From Octopus sinensis (taxonomy: Eukaryota): a stretch of 64,000 nt of DNA. Below the pieces are notes generated by a model, which was not told the DNA's origin, did not search any database, and saw nothing but the letters and a program-made list of their open reading frames with translations. The DNA lies in NCBI RefSeq assembly GCF_006345805.1, contig NC_043002.1:90148001-90212000 (forward strand). Direction: 5' to 3'. Every line of letters begins with the position of its first letter. Position 1 is the stretch's first letter. The translations under genes and the position numbers were made by a program. Shown piece by piece: positions 12,266 through 23,937 of the stretch.

Positions 12266-13904
12266 AATAATAAAAGCAGTAAGACTATCCTGACTAAAGT
12301 AGCTCTGTAAGGTTGAAGTTGGTTTTTGATGATGTTTTTGATTCATTGATTTTCTTCCTTTTCATTTCTTTTATTGGACTGTGGCCATGCTGGAGCACTG
12401 TTTTAAATGGCTTTTAGTTGAACAAATTGGCTTCAGTCCTTACTTTATATTTTAAGTCTGGTACTTATTCTACTGATCTTTTTTGCTTTTGCTGAACTGC
12501 TAAGTTATGGGGACATAAACAAACCAACACCAGTTGACAAACAACGATAGGAGACAAACATAACAACACACATATATACACACATAGATATATGCACACA
12601 TAGATATATTCATTCATATTAGAGAGAGAGAGGGAGTGAGAGAGAGAGAGAGGAAGTGAGAGAGAGAGGAGTGAGAGAGAGAAGGAGTGAGAGAGAGGGA
12701 GTGAGTGAGAGAGAGAGAGAGAGCAAGAGAGAGACTGTCAAAAAATGTATACGCCCTTCAGGAAAGGAAAAATTTGTATAAATATTTAAGTATAAATACC
12801 TCTATGAATATAGATACCCCTTTTGATATTTTATCAAACTTTTCACTACACATTTACGAAGTGGATTCTGTGGTTTGCTTGAAACTTTTACTCAAGATTT
12901 TTGTGTTGGACTTTGATAAATGTTAATGGCTTTGGATTCTGATCCTGAAATTTATTCTTACCAATAAAACTTCTTATCAAATTTGACTATAATTTATTTA
13001 AGAACAGTGATAGGTGTATAACCTTCTGCTTAGAAAGATTTTCACAATGGAACATTCCAGAAGATATTATATATTGTTCCAGGAGAATGCTGCATTGTTT
13101 AAATATGTATTTGAGCACAGATGCATGTAATTAGGAAATATATTACACTTATAATTCCATGTATAGATATAGATATTAAACCTGAACTTGAAATGTTGTT
13201 ATTTCAAAGATCAGTTTGATGTTTCACATGACTATTTAACTCACAATATAAAAGTTTATAGATACATATACACAGTAGTATATAAAAAAATCTACTTTAT
13301 TCCTATTTGCAAATACAATCTTGTCATTTATTTCTTCTCCTTATTTCCCGTTCCTTTTGCCATAAAAACATCATCTGGAATATAGGAACTTTTCAATATT
13401 TTCACGTGTTCTTGGAGGATATTTTATGGCTGTATGTGCTTCATGGAACCAACCATTCTTCAATTGGTTGTGTGACTTGACTTGAAACAATGAATTAAGT
13501 CAACTCTGGCAGTTCAGCTATAGATACAATCAGTGAAGCCTTGACTGTAGGTATCTGTAGATAATAACATTCCATATATTATGGCACATCTTTTGCTAGA
13601 AAATATATTTCAGGGTATATATGCATTTGCATGCATGTGTTTTCAGTTCTGTAGAAGATTTGAGACCATTGAATGTAGTTAAAAACAAAATGTAACAAAA
13701 CCAATAAAAAACCAAGGAAATTTTATTTATAACATTTATTAGAAAGTAATTTTACTGCTTGGATTGTGAAAAAAAAAGATAACTATGAAGTGGAGTGTAA
13801 AGGATGTGGATGAGATGGTTTGAGAGAGAAAATATTGCTATAGAAGTTTAAAGTGAATTAAGCTATGAAATTCTTACGTTCCCTTGATTTTCTGTAATTC
13901 AGAC

Positions 13905-14170
13905 TATCTTATGGTCCCAGTAAACAAAAAGCAAAAGGCATTACCCTGGAGGATGGCAAGGGAGATGTGCTGGAACAGCTACTCTGACTCATGGGGCTTA
14001 ACCATCTCTGCTTTGATAGTGGTGAGCAGGGATATGTGGGGGTCAAGAATGCTGGAGGTGTCCACTACCACAAACTCACTGGCCTAAGCTGGGAAGGGAA
14101 GCCTGTAGCATCTAGGTCATACTTTATGATTTTGTTAAGGGTGGTATGGCATGGGAAGTGGCTAACGCTG
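13905..14170 (-). mobile_element. C-terminal fragment of a CRE/R2-group (restriction-like endonuclease) LINE
   Basis: Minus translation ...KIIKYD...LFQHISLAILQGNA resembles the K..KY...LFQRISxAIQRGNA terminus of CRE-like elements; stops and a frameshift are present. Confidence 0.7.
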
Positions 14171-14582
14171 TAATGCATGACAATGGGTGAAGGCTGACAG
14201 AATCCACACTTGACTTGCAGTGACATTTATTAGAATAATTTGCAAAGGGGAGACAAAAAGTGGTTGATGCACTTAGCACTAATAAGATCATAATTTTGAT
14301 TCCTAGACCAAGTGGTGTGTTGTTTTCTTGTGCAAGACACTTCATTTCATGTTGCTCTGAGTTCCTGCAATAACTGAGAATTTAATTCTTCAATGGACTA
14401 GCATTGTATTCAGAGGGAAATATTGTAGGCTTTGTCACTTATATACCAAGGAAACTAGGTTAATCTCTGACCTTTATGAGTCCCAGGACTCATGATAAAC
14501 CTCAGGGACCTGTTAGAAATAGGAATGAAATCTCACTTAAGTCACAACTTACTCTTTTAAAAAGTGGAAGAAGACTTTAGAT

Positions 14583-14821
14583 CAGTGGTTCTTAACCATT
14601 TTTAAACTATGGACCTCTTTGATTCTGATTTTATTCTACCGGACATCCATAGTCATTCACTGTATATAAAAAAACATCTTACTGTATTTTTATAATTGAA
14701 TATTATTACGAATTGTATAAAAAAATTAAAATATTTTGTGTATTGTAGAAGTATAACTGATCTTTTTACACATGGATTTTAACAATAAAATCTTATATGG
14801 ACCCCCCGTTGAGAACCACTG
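14583..14821. mobile_element. hAT (Charlie-like) MITE
   Basis: TIRs CAGTGGTTCTTAAC / GTTGAGAACCACTG; 8-bp flanks CTTTAGAT and CTTTAGGT (7/8). Confidence 0.88.
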
Positions 14822-16304
14822 CTTTAGGTGATGTCAGTAAAGGTGATGGTGGTGTTGGTAAGGATAGTTTTTGGTGTGGTTGTGTTGTTGTTGTTGGTGG
14901 TGGTGATGTTGGTGGAATTATCTTTTATCTTTTAATTGTTTCAAATTGACCCCAGAACTTATTTTTTAAAGCTTGGTACTTGTTCTATCAGTCTTTTTTG
15001 CTGAACCGCTAAGTTAAAAGGGGCATAAATATTCCAACACCAGTTGTCAAGTGGTAGTGGGAGACAAACATACACACACACACACACACACACATAAGCA
15101 CACAGTAGGCATCTTTTAGTTTCCATCTACCAAATCCACTCAGGAAGTTTTGATTGGTCTGAGGCTATAATAGGAAAGGCTTGCTCAAAGTGCCATGCAG
15201 TGGGGCTGAACCCAGAACCATGTGTTTGAGAAGCACACTTCTTACCACACAGCCATGGCTGTGCCATTTGTTAAAAAAATGAAATACAATTATCTCATCA
15301 TGGACATTTTTGGCCTGTCTTGTATTGAATGATTTCTTGTCTCAAGTTATAATGTTTGGGAAAATTCCAATGGAAACGGTCAGCAGTGAGGCTATTTCTG
15401 TGATATTCATTTACATACTGATTAAAGACAATTTCAATCAAATATTTTTATAATGTCTAAAATCAAATAAAACAATGTCCCCCCACTGCCCACTCATTCC
15501 AAAAAAGTGATTAAATTTTGAACGAATTCCATTCCAAAAGAGAAAAAATAGCAAATAGAAAACATCAACAATAATAGTGAAACAGAAGTAAATTCTGAAT
15601 ACCAAAGTACCTCAGAAACTCTGTCTTTCAGCAGTTAAATAAACAGAAATAAACAGGAGAAAAACAAGAAGAAAAAAAACACAAACAAAATTGAGAAAAT
15701 ACAAAAAAAAATCTCATTTTATTATTTTTTTTTCTTGTTTTGCTTTTCTGTGAATTTTTTTCTTCTCTTTTTAAGTATAACAGATTAATTTAGATGATGA
15801 TGAGTTTTTACTGATAATGAAACATTAATTTACATCATTAGGATTTCAAAATAATAATGCATGTGTGTGTGTGTGTGTGTATATGCACATGCATGTGTGT
15901 GTGTATGTGTGTGTACTGTTTCATATATGATGATGATAAAATGTATATAGATATATATATATGTGTGTGGGTGTGTTTATGTATACGCATGTATATATTG
16001 TAAATGGACTTAGTGAAATAAACATGACTAAATGCAATTTCCTATTCCAATTAAACAGCAACTGTAATTGATTGGTTGGTGTGGCCATGAGTAATGTTAA
16101 AAAAGAAAAACTGAATTGATTCAATAAAGATTTCATTATTCATTCTCAATAATGTTTATGTTTAAATAGGAAAAAATAACATAAACCGTAAACCATTGTA
16201 GAGTAAGTAAGATTTTGTGCAATATTTCTCATCATCATAGCCAGTTTTTCAAGCTAAGTGGATGTAAACACTGCTTGACTTTTTTCTCTTTTTCTTCTCT
16301 TTTT

Positions 16305-16345
16305 CTCTGCCCCTGACGAGGGATTGAATCCGAAACATTGGATAT
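16305..16345 (+). ncRNA. Degenerate minimal type I hammerhead motif
   Basis: CC-CTGACGA-G-GGAT(TGA)ATCC-GAAA-C-ATT-GG; core and helix II intact, helix III and helix I weak. Confidence 0.55.
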
Positions 16346-17339
16346 TCCACGCCTCATGGCAAGTTCACTGTACCCCTTTCACTCTTTTCCATATATAGGC
16401 ACAAGCATGTCTCTCTGCTTACAAAGCTTGCTTCGAAGCCAGGTGGTTTTGGGATTCAGTCTCACTGTGCAGAACTTTGAGCTAGAGTCTTGTACTGTAT
16501 TACTGTAGCCTGGAATGACCAATGCCTTATGAGTGAATTTGGTTAACTGAAAGAAGCCGTTTCATATATATGAAGCTGCATGGCTTAGTGGGTAAGGATT
16601 CACCCCACAATTGTAAGGCCATGAGTTTGATTCCTGGGGGTGTGTTGTGTCCTTGAGCAAGACACTTTATTTCACATTATTCCTGTCCACTCAGCTGGGA
16701 AAAATGAGTTGAACATGTATCAGTTCTTATTTCTCTCGTTACTACCTCATTGGATGGTAATCTGTTCAAGACAGCAAGCTGTCTCTCTATTTCCTAAATA
16801 TATCTGTCAAATAAATCTTTACAACAACCACTGACATTGCCAGTCATTTCAATATTCAGTCTGGTACATACCCAACCAGTTATTCAGAACCTCATTTAAC
16901 AGGTTTCTCACCCAGTCAATCATTTCCTCCAGCCATCTGACTATCTGTCCACTTGTTTCTCTGTTTGTCTACCGTGTCACGCTAAAAACACTTGTCCTGT
17001 CCAATTCATGGAATTAAACAATACTAGAATCAACAAACTTTGGCTGACTCTGGATTAAACTTACATTTTGTGGCTGTGTGGTATGAAGTTTGCTTTCCAA
17101 CTGTATGGTTTTGGGTTCAGTTCCACTGTATGGCACTTTGGGCAAGTACCTTCCAATGTAGCCCCAGTCTGACCAAAGCCTTCTAAGTGGATTGGTAGAC
17201 AAAAAGTGAAAAAAGCTCATTGCATACATACATACATACATACATACATACATACATACATAAGTACGTACATACGTACATATGTATGTACGTATGTATG
17301 TATGTATGTATGTATGTATGTATGTATGTATCACCATGA

Positions 17340-17512
17340 TAGATCGCTAGCCACTAAACCTCTATTTTCTCTCCCTGTTTGTTTCTCTGTTCCTTTCTGT
17401 CGAAGAGCGTAGGCTCAAAGCATAAAAGACTTTCTCACTTCCTGAGCATATCAATTAATACATCTGTTTGTTGTTTACACACCTGTCTTCGTCTTTTGTT
17501 TTTTGTAAATTC

Positions 17513-17518
<6 letters not shown>
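17340..17518 (+). mobile_element. ~175-bp microsatellite-flanked element carrying a hammerhead-like fold (copy 1)
   Basis: Flanked by (TATG)n and (TA)n; homologous to 40201-40355; CTTT-CTGTCGA-A-GAGC(GTAG)GCTC-AAAGCATA-AAAG. Confidence 0.7.
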
Positions 17519-17561
<43 letters not shown>

Positions 17562-17612
17562 ATAATAAATAACAATAGGTTAATAAGAAATTATTATTTG
17601 GAAGCCTCTTGT

Positions 17613-17662
<50 letters not shown>

Positions 17663-17961
17663 TATGTATGTATGTATGTTTACATATATATGTATGTATG
17701 TCTACATATATATATGTATGCATGTCTATATATATATGTATGCAAATATATACGTGTATATATGTATGTACACACACACACATATATAATCTGTGTGTGT
17801 GTATTTGTGCTTGTTTACATCCCCTGTAACTTAGCAGTTTTGGAAAAGAGACTGATAAAATAAGTATCAAGCCTTAAAAAAGATAAGTACTGGGATTGAT
17901 TTGATTTGTTTCACTAAAACTCTAGCATGGCTACAGTAAAAACATAAAATGTTTCTACTGA

Positions 17962-18163
17962 TATCATCATCATCATCATCATCATCATCGTTTAACGTCC
18001 GTTCTCCATGCTAGCATGGGTTGGACGGTTCGACCGGGGATCTGGGAAGCCAGAAGGCTGCACCAGGCTCCAGTCTTACCTGGCAATGTTTCTACAGCTG
18101 GATGCCCTTCCTAACGCCAACCACTCCGTGAGTGTAGTGGGTGCTTTTTACGTGCCACCTGCA
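17962..18163 (-). mobile_element. 5'-truncated copy of the RTE-tail element
   Basis: About 200 bp nearly identical to 10620-10812, including the (GAT)n tail. Confidence 0.85.
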
Positions 18164-19097
18164 TAGATATATCTATGGAAAGTTGTGCAATGAAGTGTAT
18201 GAGAGGGAAAAGACAAAAAGAGAATTCTAACTATCTATTTCAATGTGTGATAAAAACGCTACCATGCAGTGAATTAAAATGAATTTTCTGTAGAGTGAAA
18301 TCTTTAGTAATAAAAGAAATTAAAAACTACATTATGATGAAAATATAACAAAAGTAGAATGATTTAGATAGGACAGACCTTAATAATTTCATTATTTTAG
18401 TAAAAGTTACAAATTCCAAAGTAATTAACAAGTAATTAACAAGTAGCTTCTTTTATTATGCAGTGAGATGCATGTAAATGTAACCCAGGTTCTGTATCAG
18501 TGTGTAAATACAAAAATAAATTTATAAATTTATACACCGCCTTGACTTGCTAGCACTGCCCTGACTGGCTTCTGTGCTGGTGGCATGTAAAAAGCACCAA
18601 CTGATCATGTCTGCTGCCAGCCGCCCCTGGCACTTGTGCCAGTGGCACGCAAAAAGCACCCACTATACTCATGGAGTGGTTCATGTTAGGAAGGGCATCC
18701 AGCTGTAGAAACACTGCCAGATCAGACTGGATCCTGGTGCAGCATCCTGGCTTCCCAGACCCTGGTTGAACTGTCCAACCCGTGCTAGCACGGAAAGCAG
18801 ACGTTAAACGATGATGATGATGATGAAAAGCATCTAGCCTTTTGTTTGCAAGTGTCATTGTGCTAATTTGACTTCAAAGGTAACCCAGGTTCCAGAGCAC
18901 AGATTAACTACAGAAATTAATTTACACTCATGAAAAAGCCCCCAGCCTTTCATTTGCAGGTGTCATTGTATTATTTGGGTTGCTTCTAACTGCTGAACAA
19001 AGTTGGCACACAAGTCGACTTTTTTGCTATGTTATCCTCATCACATTAGTTGATTGTAAAAGTGTACTGAGTGAACATATCTGGTCTTTTCTGCAAA

Positions 19098-19730
19098 ATG
19101 ACATACTCAGTAGTGGAAAGAATGGAGATTGTGGAAGTGTATGTGAGAACAGGTTCTGTTAAGCAAACATGTGAAATTTCTGAAGTCAAATTTCCAGGTA
19201 AAGGCTTACCAGTAAAGTGAATAATACAAATGTGGTTAAGAAGTAACACACCATAGGGGAAGTGTACAACACACCACCACCCACCCCACAAAAAGAGAAA
19301 ACCTACAGTTTGAATGTGGGAAGTTATTCAGGACATTTGCCAAATGATTACTCAAAGTCCAAAGAAGTCATGTAAATTGGCACGGCAGTCTCACATATGC
19401 AGGAGGTCATACCAACAGATGTTGGAATGTCTAAAGTTGAAGCCATATCAGTTCACATGAGTAAAGCAATTATGAGTGTGCCACCCTGTGGTATATATCA
19501 AGATGGATGTCACTTAGAAAACTCAGAGGAGTATAACATTTTGTTTGGAAGTTATAGGTCTAACACACTACCAGGTTTAATGCCATTTGGTTTTTAGGCC
19601 CCTTAAGTGGGAGTTTACTCTGTTACAGGTTACAGCTACCCATTCGCACTCACATTGTTGTTATAGAAATTGACCAACAGATGTTCAATCTGGGTTCCTG
19701 ATGGGGCACAAAATCCTCTAGAGATCATGA
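19098..19730 (+). mobile_element. Degenerate IS630-Tc1-mariner transposase with DUF4817-type N-terminus
   Basis: MTYSVVERMEIVEVYVRTGSVKQTCEISEVKFPGK..., then ITQSPKKSCKLARQSHICRRSYQQMLECLKLKPYQ and ...WVPDGA (decayed QQDGA); several stops and frameshifts. Confidence 0.75.
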
Positions 19731-20701
19731 GTGACCCTTAGATGTTGAGGCTGCACATTAATCAAATCAAATTTCATCAATACTAGTTTCACAAATTTTG
19801 CACACATCCATTTACACTCTCACTCACACATCCACACATCTTCCCATCAGCAATCCTGAAATTTCACCTCAAACAAGTTTCTACATGAATTCAATTTTAA
19901 AAATCTCTGTATAGTTACATGACCTGCTAGAAACAACAGTCACATATTCTCACATCAAACACTACTATTTTTACTATGGAAGGAAACATGCAGGTCCTAT
20001 ATGCTCTTAAAAAAAAAAGACATGATGAATGTGATTGATATACATTTGATCATTTGCTTAGTCATTCACTTACATGATCTGGTCTGATCTTGGGTTAGAG
20101 AACAACTATTTGACCAACTTCAGCTTAGGCTATCCAGTCATTTTATCAATCTGCCAATTCATCTGTCCATCTATCTTGTCATCCATCCCAGCCACAAATC
20201 AATACTTACACTAATCTGCCATTCATGCAATCTATACATTGACAGTAAAAAGTCCTTTCGAAAGGTGTTTAAATTTGCTAAAAGCACATCAGGCTTTCAT
20301 TGAAATTACAATGGACATTTGTTATGGTGGTTAACTTGTTAAATGATGCAGTAAAGCCAAACAGCTGAACTGAGAATATTCAACTATTGTTTCTCAGAAT
20401 ATTCCTATCTTTCACATTTAATCACTGTCAATAGTTTAAACTAATTAGTCAACAGAAGCAATTAGCACTTGCTTGTCTAATTATGTGCATATATATAAAT
20501 ATATCATTTTGTGTGTACAGTTATATATATGCACTCACACACACTCTCATACATACATACGTCCATACATACATATATAAACGCACACACTTTCATACAT
20601 ACCTACACACACATACATACATAAACATACATGCATTCATATATATATATGTACACTTATATATATATGAACACACACACACACACACATACATACATAC
20701 A

Positions 20702-20736
<35 letters not shown>

Positions 20737-21189
20737 TTCAAATCATGCCAAGTGAAATATAGACATTAAGTGATGACAATGATGATGATGATAGTCATAG
20801 AATTATATATGCATGTTCATACATGCATGCATACATCAGCAGTGGTTGTGTGGTAAGTAGCTTGCTTACTAACCACATGGTTCTGGGTTCAGTCCCACTG
20901 TGTGGCACCTTGGGCAAGTGTCTTCTACTATAGCCTTGGGCTGACCAAAGCCTTGTGAATAGATTTGGTAGATGGAAACTGAAAGAGGCCCATCATATAT
21001 ATATATATCCCTCTCTCTCTTTTGGAGAGGCACATGCACCTACTCGCACATATACACACACGGCAGTAACTTCCGCCTGCCGAATTCAATCACAAAGCTT
21101 CGGTCGGCTCGGGGCTATAGCGGAAGACACCTACCCAAAGTGCCACGCAGTGGGACTGAACCCGAAACCATGTAGCTAGGAAGCAAGCT

Positions 21190-21226
<37 letters not shown>

Positions 21227-21554
21227 TGTGTGTGTGTCCACCCTCATCACCACTTGACAACCGATGCTGGTGTGTTTATGTCTCAGTAACTTAATGGTTT
21301 GGCAAAATAAACCAATAGAATAAGTACTAGGCTTACAAAGAATAAGTCCTGGGGTAGATTTGTTCGACTAAAGGCAGTGCTCCAGCATGGCTGCAATCAA
21401 ATGACTGAAACAAATAAAAGAATAAAAAAAGAATGCATATAAATAAATGCTTGAATACATGCACACATCAACACATACATAAACATGTTTACATACATTC
21501 ACACACACACACACACATGCATATATATATGTATTTATATATATATAAATAATA

Positions 21555-21790
21555 TTAGGGAGTATATCCAAACTTACAGGGAAAAACTTACTATTGCCTA
21601 ATAATGGTTTTATCTCTAATTTATATATATAGCAAAGATTGTCCGATGAACGGCAACGGGAAACTCAGAGTAACAGATTTTGTTGAATTTTCTGCTGCTT
21701 TAAATAAAGCATATTACTCTACCACTGGTATTTGAGTACTCTTTTTTCCACCTTGTTTCACATTTATGTGTTTACTCCGGTATATAGATA
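21555..21790 (+). mobile_element. (TA)n-flanked Penelope-like terminal-repeat remnant with hammerhead-like fold
   Basis: Shares TATTAGGGA.TA.ATCCAAACTTACAGGGAAAAA and TGGTTTT.TCTCTAATTT blocks with 44060-44350; hammerhead-like fold at 21634-21681. The Penelope assignment is inference. Confidence 0.55.
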
Positions 21791-21916
21791 TATATATAAA
21801 TACATACATACATACAAATATCTTTTTATCCTTGCAATCTAACTTCTGGTCACTGTCTAGTAATAGAGCATATGCATATATGCTCACATACATACAAACA
21901 TACTCACACACACACG

Positions 21917-21957
<41 letters not shown>

Positions 21958-23438
21958 ACACAGAGCTTGTGAACTTTTCTCCCCACCTAACCCCGTGTAC
22001 CTACAGGCACACAGTGCATGCAAACCACCCCACCCACCACACACTTACAGACACACAGACAGCTTTTATCAAAGAATGATCAGAAGCCAAATTCCACTTA
22101 TTAATGGTAACCAAGTCAGCAGAAAGCTAAGAATCTGCAACTGTCTCAAATTGAAAGCCTTTTATCTCTTTTATTTCAACTGAATAAAGTTCTAGCAAGT
22201 GATTTGTGGAATTGCGGACAGCAGCAGTGTAGACAAGTTTATCCAGTTGCTATTTAAATAAATCATTGAAGGAAATATTTAAAATTTCAATCTTGAAGCT
22301 TCCTAATGAAAGCAGAGTCTTGTGTATGAAGAAATTAGTTATCTGCATCATTAACGCAGCTTTATCATGGCGACACCATATGTTAAAGAGATCGAACTGT
22401 CTGGGCAGTAATGTTGTCGTCATTCATTTATTTAAATCGGGTGTTACAAAGAAAGAAAGTGGTTCTAAGATACATTAATATTTATCTTTTTATTGCTATA
22501 ACTATGATTGTTGACGAAATACCTATTTACAAAGGCTTTCTTTTCACAGAAATACAATGTGGCAAGGCAAGAATATTTTTTTCTTTAGGAAATATTTAAT
22601 ACAAATATCATTGCAAACCACGAAAAATCAATTTTTTATATTCATATTTCTTCGTTTTTTTCCATTGATGTTTTTAATTTATTTATTCATTTATTCTTCT
22701 CTCTAAATTTTTCAAACAAACAACAAACATTAGGATTTTTCTAAACGGTTGAAAAAAAAAATCAATTTAACTCATTCATGATCCATTGAAAAATTTTCCA
22801 GTGCTTCTGTAAATATCGTAAATTTTTTCTTCTTTTTTATAAGAATTAGTTATAAGAATAGGAACTTTTCAAGTTTTATCAGAATACTTTAAATGTAACA
22901 TAAGTGGAATGGTGAAATAACTGATTCTTTGAAAGCTGTACAGAGTTCAGTTTCATTTCTGTTTGTGGCATTCTTTGTATATACAAATAAATATTCCTTT
23001 TGAATGTTGAAAACATTGTTAAAGAATCAATGTCAATATTTATTTCAGTGTCATTCAAAACATTTCCCCCCCCCCTCTTTTGCATAGCAGTTTTCAGTGC
23101 AATTTGTATATAAGCCTTTTGTCTGAAAAATGCATGTCTCTATTTCTAATATGCATTATTATTAAAGAAGGATGTCTTAAAAAACAGAAATTTTTAGACG
23201 ATTCTTAACCTTATCTCTTTTGCTTCTATTTACATTTCATTCTCATCAGTTTAACTTCTGATACTCTTCAAGTGTCAATTTTTTATGTATAATGTTTTAA
23301 AGAAGTTTTATCCAATCTTGCAATACTGATAAAATATCTCCCTGCGAGATATACCTCTTCCTTAGACTTTTCATGAGTAGTAAAAATTGAATGTGATAAG
23401 TAGAAGTGTTGTTTAGCATAATTTATTACAGTATAATA

Positions 23439-23937
23439 TCTATATATATAAAACTGTAGTTGTGTGAGTGTCTGTCCCCTTCGATTTAGATTCCTAACTA
23501 CTCCCACATTTTGCGGTGCAGTTTAACCAAATTCGGGTATCTTATAGTCGTGATTCATATCGAGCCCGTCTGAGTATTAGCGCGCATCTACGATGAGTCT
23601 ACGATTTTAAAAATAATTTAACATCATTTTTTATTCCATTTTAATGCATAATTTTTCGTGTGTCGATGGCGGCGGAGTTGGCGTCCATGGTCACACCTGC
23701 ACCTGTTTGCTTCTCCCTTGTGAAGCTGTGGGGAAGGGAGTGTAAGGAAATCAACGTCGTAAAGCATTGTCAAGGACACCAGCGTTCTTTTAGAACATTG
23801 ACTTCATGGCTTGAAGACACCAAAACAGAAATGGCTAAGAAAGCCCGAATTGGCATCTATAAGGGAAGTAACTCTCTAAAAATGCTTATATAGTTATTTC
23901 CCTTACAAACCCGAGCAACGCCGGGCAATACTGCTAG
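23439..23937 (+). mobile_element. Non-autonomous Helitron (family 1)
   Basis: A|TC start (TCTATATATATAAAA), subterminal hairpin CCCGAGCAACGCCGGG, CTAG|T end, no TSD; second copy at 61360-61759. Confidence 0.9.
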
